Assembly: GCF_964204645.1 (NCBI RefSeq)
Contig: NC_134027.1
Coordinates: 11,998,485 to 12,062,484 of the forward strand
DNA: 64,000 nucleotides
Source of the DNA: Tubulanus polymorphus
Lineage: Eukaryota; Animalia; Nemertea
Direction of reading: 5' to 3'
A program made the position numbers and the translations under genes. The notes under the pieces were generated by a model that worked only from the letters and a program-made list of their open reading frames with translations, was not told the origin of the DNA and searched no databases. Shown one piece after another: positions 24,567 to 36,977 of this stretch (within the stretch, counting starts at the first letter, position 1; each line of letters begins with the position of its first letter).

Positions 24567-24896
24567 ATGCAAGATAAATTAAAAGAATATAGAATATTTG
24601 TTGATTCTAGATGGCTTACAAATTATAAATCACATAATTTACTAGTCCAATTAGATAGAGAATTTAAGAATTGTATTGATTTAAAATTAGTAAATATAAG
24701 TTTATGTAATTCTTTTTATAATATATCGGATAAAAGTCTTGATCATTTAGCTTTTTTAGTTCATGCTAGAAATTTGAATAAATGGTATCATCTATTTTTA
24801 AAACATGGATTATATAATTTAGAAACATTAGCACAAGAAATTAATAAAAGAGCTCGTTTAAAAATGGGAGGGTCTGTTGGAAACTTGGAACAATAA
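24567..24896 (+). pseudogene. N-terminal part of a minor capsid (penton)-like protein, truncated
   Basis: IFVDSR...LDREFKN...LKLVNISLCNSFYNI...GLYNLETLAQEIN pattern typical of single jelly-roll minor capsid N-termini. Confidence 0.55.
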
Positions 24897-24929
24897 AATC
24901 ACATCCTTGTCCTGAAAATATTTTACAAT

Positions 24930-25746
24930 ATTGCACACTTCCCATACCATCTAATAGTTTTTATAATATCTATAATAATAATTTAGGTTATGGTAAAATA
25001 GACACTAAGGATTTAGAAACATTAAATTTCAATAAATTACCGAAATTCTATGATAATTTAAAACAAGAAAACAATAATGGTTGGGTTTATTTTATTTTAG
25101 ATAATAGTGAAGGATTTACAAATTTAGGTATACAAAGAATAAATCAATCAATTAGAACTTATTTGATATGTATTCTAGGTGCGCAAGTTCAAACAAGATC
25201 CCCAATAATTGAAAATTCAAATACATCATTTGATACACAAAAACAATTTAAAGTTTTATTTGAAGATTCTGTTCATAATGATAAAAAAGATCGATTCCAA
25301 AAAACGTAGTTAGGTACCAAAATTATCTAGATAAATCTCATGTAAGATTAAATTATTGTATAGGTCCTAATTTATTAATTATTTCTGATGATTTAATATT
25401 AAAAATGGGAAATATAATTGGTTATAATAATTTGATTAAAACTGCAACAATAAATAATAAGTTTGGATTAAATGATATAAATAAAAAAATTATCACTGAT
25501 CCAAAACTAATGGAAGGTGAAAAAATTAAAAAACATATTCAATCAACTGAAACTAAAACTAAAAATATCAAATTAAATAATGATTCTAAAATAAAAGATT
25601 ACAATACTACAGAAAATATAAAAACTGATATTATTCAACACGATATAATTAAAACTAATAATGATAATATATCCCATGAAAATACTAAATTAGCCATAAC
25701 TTGTATAGGAATTGTTATAGGAGGAATATTATACTTTAAATTTTAA
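24930..25746 (+). pseudogene. Conserved hypothetical protein of invertebrate Polinton-like viruses with C-terminal TM helix, frameshifted
   Basis: SEGFTNLGIQRINQSIRTYLICILGAQVQTRSPII...QKQFKVLFED...LNYCIGPNL...GYNN, ending in LAITCIGIVIGGILYFKF. Confidence 0.55.
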
Positions 25747-25762
25747 TTTTTATATGATATAA

Positions 25763-28264
25763 ATGGATGTAGAAGGTGGAGAAGTTTATGAAATAGGAGA
25801 AATGGGAAATAATAATAAAGGATATATTGATGATGATTATAATGATGCTGAAACTAATATTGATAATGATAATGAATCATTAACTAATTTAGCAAATAGT
25901 GGTTCTAAAGCCCCGTCAACAGACGAGTTTGATAGAAGAACTAAATCGAGAATAAATCCTGAAAATAAAAATCCAGATTTAGTAAAACAAAATTTAGAAT
26001 ATAATGAATATATTTATAATTTCAAACCTATATTTGAAAGATTTGGACATAATATAAATGATAGAGGTGCTTGATATTTAGTAAGAGAATTAAAATCTTT
26101 AGATGGTGAATATTATTATCATTTGAAAGATGATTATTATATTGATATCTCTTATAAAAATCAACAAGAAAATTAATTTTAGAAAATTATTTGACGCCTG
26201 GGGAAAAAATGTAGAATTTCTGGGCTAAGCTAATGTGGAATTGCAAATTTGAAATCGAATTTTTAAGGAATTTGGGGAATGATGAGATTTGGCGATTGGG
26301 TAGATGATACAGGTCTTCGACTCTAGTAGTGGTTTAAATTTTTTTATTGAAAATTCTCAATAATTGATCGCGAACTTGCGACCGACTTCATTTACTTATG
26401 CCTCTAAGCTGGTCTGCAACTTCATTGCCTCCATGGATGAAGAAAGAGCTCTTCTGATGTCTGCTTCGTCATGACTTCGAGCATATCGTGTGGCCTAGCC
26501 AGCCGGCCCGGGCCACGGGTTTGGCTGTCACTCGATATCCTAGAGTCTTGAGTCTGGGTGGTTGAGACATTGTCATTTAAAATAACATGCTTATGTTGTT
26601 CTGTATGAATTACCCGTGTGTCATGTATGTTGTATTAATTTATTTTAAAATTTGTATTTATTGAATTTGGGAATTTTATCCCGGAATTTCAATGTAATAA
26701 GGATCAATAAAGACATGCACATGCCATCAGAGGACACGGAGCCGTATATGACAGCTATGCTATTATCAATTGCTAATCTCACGAAACTTGCATACTCCTA
26801 ATATCAAACATATTTTCTAAAACGTTTGAATATTGAAATTATATGCTTACACATTTTCATATTGACCGCTTGTAGCCGCTGATGAAATTCACGCTTGCCC
26901 TACACACATCGTAGATAGCTTCGTCATTCCACCGGCATGCCCACGTCAGGGTCTGACTTTTATATCAGACTTCCGCATCGTGTATACATCCGCCATTTAA
27001 CCGAATAATCCGATTTACTTATCATTTCTATTTATGCCTGTCGCTTCTGATATAATCATACATCCTTTACTATTACAATACGTCTTCTAATGATATTCAA
27101 TGCAATATAACATTTCGACGTTCAAATATAGGTCATTATATAATCACAGGAAGCCATTCTACATCTATGTCAATAATATTTTGCCAGATAGCTTGTTTGT
27201 GTACACATAAACCTGTGACGTTTTGCACATCGATTTACGGCTGTCGTTTGTAAAATGACGCTGAATGGTTAGCATTGTTTAGGTTTCATAATGGTAACGT
27301 TTTATAAGGCGTCAAAAAATAAATCAAAATAAAAGAGTATTTAAACAAAGAACTAATGATTTATTTGAAACAGTCAGTAATAATTTAGAAACAGAAACAA
27401 CTTCTGAACAGAATATAACTTCCAAAACTAGTAAACTTAAATCAAATAAATTTCCAATTGAAAAACCTTTACCGAATGGATTAATTGATGCAACAGATCA
27501 ACATTTAGAAAATTTAAATATATTTTCTGATAAAGCAATTAGAGAAATTATTAGTATACGAAATGAAGCTGATAAATTTGCGCATGATAAAAGTATAAGA
27601 GATTTTAAAATTAGAACTTTAGAAAAAGATAGAACTGATAAAATTAAAGAAATAGAACAATTGAAATTAGATAGAGATTATAAAGTTATTGAAGAAATTG
27701 AATTTAAATAAAGCATATTTAGAAAAAGAAAAAGATGATTTAGAATGTAACATAGAATTACAGGAAGAAGAAATTAAATTATTTAAAAAATCATATGATT
27801 ATTATAGTAATAGATTAAAGGCAATTTTTAAAGATTTGTTGATAAAACCAAATTCTGAAATTTCATTAAAAGATAGAATAAAATCATTATTTAAACTAGA
27901 AGGTATCACAATTCTTTCAATTCTAACAGCTGTAACTATTTTATTTACAACAGTTGGTTTAGCCATATCAAATTCATTAAAATCTACGCCTACTCCCAAT
28001 AAACCAGATAAACCACCTCCAAATAATAATTCTATACAAGATAAAGTTAAAGATGGTTTAAAGAAATTAGCAAAATATCTATGGGAAATATCTAAAAAAT
28101 CTGCTGCAGCATTACCAGGAGTTATAGCGTCAATTGTTGGTTTTCTATTAAAATCTGCTGGAAATATTCTTAGTTTTGCTGCTGAACATATTATTTTATT
28201 TTTAATTACAATTGTTAGTGCTATTATTTTTGGGTTAGTGAATATGATAAAAAATAAAAAATAA
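25763..28264 (+). pseudogene. Large coiled-coil plus membrane protein of the viral element, interrupted by a host repeat
   Basis: Acidic N-terminus (25763-~26160), coiled-coil resuming at ~27330, and hydrophobic C-terminus LKDRIKSLFKLEGITILSIL...AAALPGVIASIVGFLLKSAG...AEHIILFL. Confidence 0.6.
26163..27319. mobile_element. Host non-autonomous element (Helentron/HINE-like) inserted in the viral gene
   Basis: High similarity along its length to 43636-44788; begins aacaag, with subterminal inverted repeat tttgacgcct / aggcgtcaaa. Confidence 0.85.
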
Positions 28265-28280
28265 ATTTTTTATTAAATAA

Positions 28281-29530
28281 ATGAGTGGGAGTTATATAAA
28301 TCCTTCTAAGAATTCTACAATATCTAATGCTATTAAAGCAGAGAGATCTCATCATATAATTACTCATAATCCTTCTAATATTAATCCCGATGAAACTTTA
28401 TATGTTAGAATTCCTCGATTAACACAAAATACTTTTTGTGTTCCAAATAGTATTTATTTATCAGATGATATAAAAGTAACTGGTCATGATAATAATTATG
28501 TTGTTGATAATGTTGGAAGATATTTGATTAAAAAAAAGTTGTAAAGGTTGGAACAGAAACAGCTTTCTCATTAGAAGATTATAATTTATTTATGCATTAT
28601 AAAGATTTATGGTTAACAGAAGAAAATAGAAATAGTATGATATTTCAAGGAATTCAATCCTCAAATCAAAATAAATTAAGATCTGAAGCTAATGACGCAA
28701 TAGTAACTAATGCTGCTGATGATTTGATAAAAAAGATTTATGGTAGCAAATGTAAAATTCCGTTAGATTTTGAATTGATAAATAATAATGCGCCTTTATA
28801 TAAATATGCTATACAAGAAGATATTATATTCGAAATAACATTTGCTCCAGTTAATGAAATTGTGCTATCTAGCGTTGTTAAAGATATGGGTTATAAATTA
28901 TCGAATATGTGTTTAGAATATGACACAGTAACTGATCAAAATATTGCTAGCACAATTCAAACTCAATATGATCAAGGATTTTCATTATTATATGATTATA
29001 TTGATAAATTTAAAATTGTAACGATTAATGCAAATGATGAAATAATCAATGAGAATATTAACTTCCCAAGAAGATCTATTAAAGGCGTATTAATATTTTC
29101 TACCATTGCTACATATTCTAATGGTGCAATAAATTTTGATAATTATTATAATCCTGAAATAACAAAAGTAGAAATAACAATTGAAGGCACAGCAAATAAA
29201 ATATTTAGCCAAGGAATGAGAATGATAGATCAATGGCCAGAAATCAAAAAAACATTTTATGAATGAAAAAATGAAATCATCTGAAGATTATAATATAAAC
29301 CAAATTGATTATTATACCGGTAATAAATATGCACTATGGTTAGATTTTAGAACCACTGAAGATAACTCATTACATGGTTCTGGTAAAAAATTACAAAATA
29401 CAAAAGATGGGATACAATTATTCATGAAAAAGAAAAAAGGAATAAAAAATTTCAAAATGCACATTTATATTATATCTGACGCGCAATTAGATATTGTAAA
29501 TTCTCAATTGAATAGTGTTATGTATTATAA
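28281..29530 (+). pseudogene. Major capsid protein-like (double jelly-roll, Polinton type), frameshifted at ~28540 and ~29250
   Basis: IITHNPSNINPDETLYVRIPRL, KIPLDFELI, NMCLEYD, RSIKGVLI, YYNPEITKVEITIEG, KYALWLDFRT, LHGSG and SDAQLDI; ~410 aa when joined. Recalled family resemblance, not a search result. Confidence 0.7.
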
Positions 29531-29560
29531 TTTTAATTTTAATAAAAAATTCTATAATAA

Positions 29561-30258
29561 ATGGAAGGAGGAATATATGAAATACAAAGTCCAAGTGAAA
29601 TGATATCAGATATATATTATATAATACCTTATGATGAATACAGTAAATATTTTGGAGAATATTTTAATCAATTCAAATATAGAACAAGTAAAATAGATAA
29701 TAATGTTGAACCTAAAATAGAAGATAATATTGAATCTAAAATAGAAGATAATGTTGAAACTAAAAAAGAAGATAATATTGAATCTAAAATAGAAGATAAT
29801 GTTGAATCTAAAATAGAAGATAATATTGAAACAAAAAAGAAGATAATATTGAACCTAAAATAGAAGATAATATTGAAACTAAAAAAGAAGATAATATTGA
29901 AACAAAAAAGAAGATGTAACAGAATCTACCTCTAACTATAAAATAGAAAAATCAAATGTTAAACCAAAAGATATCATTAGATGCATGTATTGTGAAGAAG
30001 ATTTTGATAATTATAATGATTATTCATATCAAAAAAGCTGAACATATTTTACAATTAGTAAATCATATGCTAATATATATAAAGATAAATGCAAAGAAGA
30101 TCAAAATTATTGCGCCTTCTGTAATGAATGTATAACAAAGACTAATTGGTCAAAACATTATAAATTAAAAACAAAAGGTGGAAATGATTCAGTCCATGCA
30201 ATACAGGTATTTAAATCTTGGTGTGAAAAATGTAGAGAATATGTAATATATGAATATG
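29561..30258 (+). pseudogene. Repeat-containing zinc-finger protein, truncated
   Basis: (KIEDN[IV]E[SPT])n encoded by 24-bp repeats at ~29690-29915, followed by CMYC, CAFC and CEKC fingers; broken by frameshifts. Confidence 0.55.
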
Positions 30259-33200
30259 ATATTTCTAAAACTGTAGCACCAACATATATTGGTTTATTGA
30301 ACCTCATAGAAGTTCTTTTCATTTTAACTGCAGCTAAATTTTCATCAAATATTCTGTTACCAATAAATTTAGGATATGTTTGTAAATGTCTAATTCTTTT
30401 ACCATTATTAATTAACTCAATATCATTTCTATTTCTAATATTCTCACGATTCTTACCATAGAATGCATTATTCATTAACTTGAAGAAATCTTTTTCGAAA
30501 TCAGTTTTAGCTTTAGTTCTCTGTTTGGTGTTAAAATCTATATATTTTTCTAACCATTTAGATTGACTGAATGAAATATATCTATGTACTTTTTTAGGAT
30601 CATTCCTTGATTCAAATAGAACTTTAACATCCTATAATGTACTACGTAATTATATTCATCTTCCTGAGTTACCATTAATTTTTCTATATGAATATGATTT
30701 TCAGGTTTAATTCTTTTTTGATAATTTGATAATTCTTCATGTGTAACAGTTTTATGTTCGGGGCAGTATGCTAGATTTCTAGATTTAAATTTTTTATCTT
30801 CAGGATATTCCAAGTCTACAACAAAGAAGTAACCAGTGTCTGAATCATCTGCAATATCTAGAATTCGTTTCTTCCAATCAAATATATCATTATTTTCATA
30901 CTGTAAAACTTCTCTAAACCTTTCGAATATATCAGTTAATAATAATACATCTGATTTTAAATATAAATCTACTAATTGTCCATGATCTTTCATTCCAAAA
31001 TGATTCCAAATATTCAATGTTCTATTATATACTTCATCTTTAACATATTCATTTTTTGATTCATCATAGAATTGTTCTTTTAATAATTCAGTTATATTGA
31101 AATCATTATGCGATTTATAAAATGAATATGGAATTGCGCCTTTATATCTCATTACTTGAAAATCATCATTATTTAGATAGTGTTGCTTTAATATTTTTAA
31201 TTCATCATCAACTAATTTTGATAAATTATCTAATGAACTACTTAAAAATCTATATGAGTCTATAAATCTTAGACACCCAAATTGGAAAGATATATAATTC
31301 TCAGATGTTTTAGCTAACATTTTAAATTTATATGTTGGTATTTTAGCCACATCTTTTGATCTATTTGAATTTAATCTTTCTATTTCATTATTGATTTCTT
31401 CTATTTTATGACATAGCTGTTTGATGAATAAATGTGCATCATATCCTGATAAATTATGAAATATAACTGGAACAAAATTGATTTTCTTAGCTTGTAAGTT
31501 GCAATTTTCATGCGTTGCGCCTCTAAACTTACCATTCAAATGATCATGGTCTCTAACTTTTTTATCTTTAAAATTAAATAGTTTTTCACAATAATAACAT
31601 TTATCAGCAAACTCAAATTCTTCTTTATCTTCTTCAGTCATAATTATTTCTATATTTGTATCTAATAGTTTAGTAAATTTGATTTCATATTCAATTAATA
31701 AGTCACAAAAATGATTGATAACATTTTCATTTCTATAATTATAATATTCACTTTTAATTAGTTCTGGATAATCAGATTTAATATATAACCCGAAAGCTGC
31801 AGCTGATTGATGAATCTTTCTAATAGTATTTGTTATTAGAGGATCTGAATAATCAATTACATCATTTTCATTAGAATTTAATTTCTTTCTTTTATGATAT
31901 ATTTCTTTTCTATCTTGATCAGTTAGTTCTTTGTTTAATGATTCAAAATCTCCATATATTACAAATGGTACTTTATTTTTGTAATCATATTTTTTAAATT
32001 CTAATATCTTATCCCTTTCATTTGGTAAAATCATTTTACAATAATCATGATTATCACATAATTGTTTATGATTTAATAATGCACTTTCATTACTGAATTT
32101 AGTTATACATTTTCTACATAGATATATTTTATGGTGATCATTTTCTGTTCTAAAAAATAAATCTATTTGTTTTATCCACATATAATGATTTTCATAATAT
32201 AAAATAACATAATAACATCCATTTGAATCATAATCTTTTGATAAATACAAAGGCTCTAATGTAAAATGTTCAATTTTATTACCTTTTGTTTTTGATAATT
32301 TGACTAAATCGAATACATTTATTTTTAAATTATTATCTCTTTCTATTTTTGGGATATTTTTAATTCTAACAGGATAATTATCTATCTTATGATTATTTTC
32401 AAAATGTTTATAATTTGTTAATCTAAAACTATGTGTAATATCTTCTGTTGGATGTAAGCAACTTATAATTTGTCCATAGAAAACATTTATCATCAGAATT
32501 TTGTACATTTATAACAGCATTAGTTTTAAATGGTAGTTTAATATAACTTGATCCATCAGTATTATCATCTTTATAATATGATAAATTATTTTCATCTATT
32601 GGTTTTGATTTAGTTAACTTATTATATTTTGTAATGTACACATGTAAAGTCATAAATATTATTTCATCGAATATTAAACCAGATCCTTCAAAATATTTCT
32701 CTTCTATTTTACTTTTTCTTTCATTATAACATTTATCTAATCTATCATCTATATGTTGTTTTGAAATGATATGTTGTGAATGAGAATTTATATTATATAT
32801 TGGTTTATCTTCAGATTTTATAAATTTAACTTTAGCAGATATACTAATTTTAGGATATTCTACGTCTGTAATTATTCTTATAATATTTTTCATATTTTCT
32901 AAATGTTTTTTATTTTCTTCTAATGTTTTACTTTTGTGAAATTTAAACTCAATAGCAGCTGGACCCATATCACTTTTAAATGCTTCGGTTATTTCTATTT
33001 CTTTTGTATTATCTAATGAATTAATATAATTTCTAACATTTTCCATGTATGGTCTTTTATTGTTTAATTTATTTCTTATTCTTTTAATTGTCTTTCTTAT
33101 TCTTTTCATATGACTTTTAGATTTTAAATGTTCTTTATATTATCTTTTGTCACTGAATGATTGATTACATGTATCACATTTATATATATCTTTTAATTCT

Positions 33201-33354
33201 TTAATTCATCTTATTTAGTTTCTAATATATCATCTTTATATCCTTATTTCAATTTATTCTATAAATGAGATTTGGTTTTATTATGTCTTGCTTTTTGAGA
33301 TTTATCCATATTGATTTTACATGTTGGACAGTAGTACTTCTTATTTGCTTCCAT
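30259..33354 (-). pseudogene. polB: Protein-primed family B DNA polymerase (pPolB) with N-terminal Zn fingers, TP/OTU-like region and inserted Endonuclease VII (HNH)-like domain; inactivated
   Basis: EGSG, INVQNSDDKCFLW, HYMWIK, IYGDFES (ExoI), CYYC..VRDHDHLNGKFRGATHENCN, FHNLSGYDAH, FIDSYRF, YLKSDVLLL, KLMNNAFYGK (motif B) and KPIYVG. Motifs A and C (DTDS) are missing; frameshifts at ~32470 and ~30590. Confidence 0.92.
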
Positions 33355-33389
33355 TTTGATATCAAATTTTTTATTAAAATTGATTTTAT

Positions 33390-33921
33390 CTTATTCGAAA
33401 TCTAAATCATGGTGCCCTTTTTCATTCTTACCCTTATATATGAAATAGAAATCACCTGAACATAATTCTTCTAGATCACTTGATAATCTATGAAATCTAT
33501 TTGGTAAATATGTTCTGAATTTATATCTATTTCCTTTTAATCCTTCATATTCTAAGTGAATAACTAATTTATCTCCATATTTGTAAATAACTGTATCAAT
33601 ATTTGTAATTAAATATTTCTTACAAATTGTTAGTTCATTTAACTTCTTAAATTTATAATCTACTGACTTGACATTTGTGGTGTCATTTATTCTATCTAGA
33701 AATGATTTGTTGTACTCACTGTGTACTTGTTTACTCTCCATTTTAATATCAAATTTTTTATTAAAATTGATTTTAGAAGTTATTCCATTATAAATGTTAT
33801 TCATCTATATGAATATTAAAGTAATTGGAAATATGGGGGTTCATAACAAAGGTTGAAGGGGCGAGTGAGTAAAAAATTTTAAAAAATTCGAGCGTGCGAG
33901 AATTTATTTTTATTTTTTACG
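33390..33921 (-). repeat. Inverted repeat module, copy 2 (small gene plus hairpin truncated ~22 bp past the loop)
   Basis: Reverse complement of 24023-24555; similarity stops at ...ttttttacg|ggtggc. Confidence 0.9.
33391..33741 (-). CDS. Small Maverick-type protein (possible OB-fold SSB), copy 2, intact
   Basis: MESKQVHSEYNKSFLDRINDTTNVKSVDYKFKKLNEL...GKNEKGHHDLDFE. Confidence 0.65.
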   Translation of the reverse strand: MESKQVHSEYNKSFLDRINDTTNVKSVDYKFKKLNELTICKKYLITNIDTVIYKYGDKLVIHLEYEGLKGNRYKFRTYLPNRFHRLSSDLEELCSGDFYFIYKGKNEKGHHDLDFE

Positions 33922-34129
33922 GGTGGCAATCTCCGTGAGTGTCTGGGGGCAATTTGAAGGGGGTTGTTAGTTGAGGATAATTGTGACGGTTCATTGTCTA
34001 AGACAGGGGTTGGTCCATAGGGCCTATGACGCGGGTCCCTCTGTTTTGTCAAGGAAATTTTCACAATCTGTTTCGGATACCAGGTTCGATCAAAACTTAC
34101 AGAGCAAAGAGCACTAACAACTAGGCTTA

Positions 34130-34349
34130 GGCTAAACAAAAATGATACCTTGTTTCTCCGCAGCGGCCGGGTCATTTTTGTAAAATATGATAAAATTTGT
34201 AAACAGTTCATTTCTATAGCGGCCGGGTCTGTTATGGTAAATTTGATTACGATTTAAAAAAAAGTAATGTATAGGGTAGATAGGCGGCCGGCCGGGTTAA
34301 CATTTAAGCTCAGCAGAGCGGAGAAACAAGGTATCAATTTTTTTTAGCC
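34130..34349. mobile_element. PIF/Harbinger-type MITE
   Basis: TIR ggctaaa..aaatgataccttgtttctccgc / gcggagaaacaaggtatcaattttttttagcc; TTA flanking both sides. Confidence 0.8.
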
Positions 34350-36182
34350 TTATTTCCCATAGTGAACAACAACCTGGCTGAGTTACACATATATACAGTG
34401 GTAAATAACTGCTGTAATTTTGTTCAAGAATCACTCTTGTTCCGGTGCTTAAAACATTGGTACTCGGTACTCAAAATTTTTCAAAAAGGACTTGACGTCT
34501 AACAGTTCGTGTTTGAATGTACCGGTACGTTGGCCTCGGAGTTTTTGGGCCGCCCCTAATCAAAATTTCTGGATCCCCGTAAGGGTAATTTTCTGCACAC
34601 CCCTCAGTCGACGGGCCCAGAATGATTCGATCCCACGAACAAACTTAATTTTTCACCATGACACCTCCATACAGGCTCCATACATATAGTTCCTAAGCGT
34701 GATTTTGTTCTCTTAGAAAATTGAATCTACTGGTGTTGGAAACTGGTGTATTTCATATAGATATGTCGAATTATTGTATTTCTTTAGCATTTTCTATTAT
34801 TTACTGTATTCAACGCTCAGTAGAGTGATTGTACTGTATTCGAAGCGTATTAAATCCTGAAATTCATCATTTTGTTACGCGCTTAGACATTTTTCGCGCC
34901 TATGATCAGCACTGTATTTAAACCTGTGAATTTTTCTTGGCTAGCTGTGTCTGTCTGGTTCTATCTACCCCCTTGTACGACACAGTAATTGTAAGCACCG
35001 TACTTATATCAATTTAGATTTGCTGAAATTCAAACTAAAGTTTGGCCTTTTCTAATGCTGTTTGTCTAAATTTGTATTTTTGTGCCTTTGTAGCAAACCG
35101 TCACTCACTCGCTTAGTCGTTCTGGAGTTTAATCCCAGTTTCACAAAAAGGATTAAGGCCTAAATCGATTTAAGATGAACTGAAATAATGCAGAAACTAA
35201 ATCGATCGATTTAAGAGTGGCCGCCCAGTCATTATACTGGATGTAAATAAATGAGCGTATTGGAACTGTGCATCGTTGTCGTCGTTTGTCGATGAGGATT
35301 TAGGACCAAGCTGAACAACTGGTCTAACGGTATTGAAAATGGTATGTCAAGTTCAAGTTCAAGTTCAAGTTCAAATTATGTCAAAAGTAAGAAGCTTTCC
35401 CGTAATACATTTTGAACCGTGAATAAAATTATGATTTGATTTTGTTTTGCTCCATTTACTTCTACCGAGGACTCCGTGTAGTAACCATCTTCACCCGTCA
35501 AGGGATTCGAACCCACTACGCTAAAGCAAAACTACGCTGGCAAGCGAGGATGTGTAGTAACATAAATGGAGCCGACCTAATTTCACCTTTGTAGCCGATT
35601 TGACCTTGTATTTTGAAACCAAGGCCAGGAGGAGTAGGAAGTAAAAGGGCCGAAATAAATAAACCGGACGCCCCCGATCCGATCGGTTTACTTTTACTTG
35701 TTTTAACCAGTGTAGGGTTAATTTTCTGTTTTACGTGATGTCTAATAAAGTCAAAGACGTTGATAATCATAATGGTCCCTCGGTTTTACTTGGCTGTCCT
35801 TCACTAACTGTAAGTTATTTCACCATTGAAACTACATCAATCCAATTCAATTGTTTTATTTCCATTTATATTAGGCCTACTTAGTTGACAAACCCACAGG
35901 GGGTCGTCACGATAGCTGGAGGGCCAAAATCAAAGATTTCACCCAATGTCATAGGGACCACCTATGAGTAAAGAAAAGGGAGCTAAAATTTTGACATACA
36001 AAATTTACCCCATTTTAATCGCTCATGACAATCCGGACGTAACCTATCGACCGATTTGCACAAAATCGGTTTGGTTTCATTCCTAAGAGGTTACTTTTTC
36101 GTTTAAAACCTACTGTGATGAAATCGGACCTCAGATGCCCGAGAAATCACGACTCAAACCCAAAAAATGGGTCAACTCGATC

Positions 36183-36850
36183 TGTTTGGGATATTTCGCT
36201 TAATTTTCGAGGTACATACCTCAAATAGGTCTTGATCGAATCAGTAGGGTTGTGCAGTCCAGAAAAATCAGCCTTTTTATATCCATTTTGTATCGAGTTG
36301 AAGGATTGATGAATATTCGCGAAAATTAGCTTTAAATCGGCAAGAACGACGGCCATTTTGGTCGTGTTTGTTTTAACTTTATGCTAATGAGCAGTGTGTA
36401 TACCATGTGATCTGGGTAAGTTTATTTTTTATGGGGAGAATACATTACCTGCACATGTTTCACTGTGCGCGCATGGTTGCAATGGTTGCGCTGTCATAGG
36501 CCTAAATCATTTCCAAACCACATTGTTTTGATAGCTTTGACAAAGCCATGTTTGTGTACTAAAACAGCTTTCTAGGGTAATGTTGTGATTCGCTGATTAA
36601 TCTCTTGGCAACGTAAGAGGCTACTACCTCCCCCATGATATAATTGACGCATCCCCGCCTCATTGCACATGCGTGCAACAAAATGGCGGTCTTTCTCGCC
36701 GATTTAAAGCTCAATTTTCGAGAATATTCATCAATCCTTCAAAACAGTGTAAAATGGATATAAAAAAAGATGATTTATCTGGACTGCACAACCGTACTGA
36801 GACCTATTTGAGGTATGCACACCGAAAATTAAGCGAAATATCCAAAAAAG
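36183..36850. mobile_element. MITE/foldback with ~175-bp inverted arms
   Basis: gatatttcgcttaattttcg...ggccattttg (36190-36360) mirrors caaaatggcgg...aattaagcgaaatatcc (36679-36843). Confidence 0.75.
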
Positions 36851-36977
36851 ATCAAGGCCAATCGAAAAATAAATAGACTTTAGTCGGGAGATAATAGTCT
36901 TAGCTAGTTAATCATGGCTTAGCTTCTCATTAGTGTTGTTATGTTATTGCTTCTGTAATGTACTAATCTACTTATAG

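Larger units (their letters stand above)
23490..33921. mobile_element. Decayed endogenous Polinton/Maverick/adintovirus-like virus
   Basis: Abrupt very AT-rich, intronless, gene-dense block with pPolB, capsid-like genes and inverted ~530-bp modules; many frameshifts and deletions. No integrase, ATPase or protease seen. Confidence 0.88.

Noticed and set aside
23490-33921. Bacterial or phage contamination / HGT island
   Set aside because: Contains a host repeat insertion, is flanked by metazoan genes, and the pPolB domain layout is Polinton-type.
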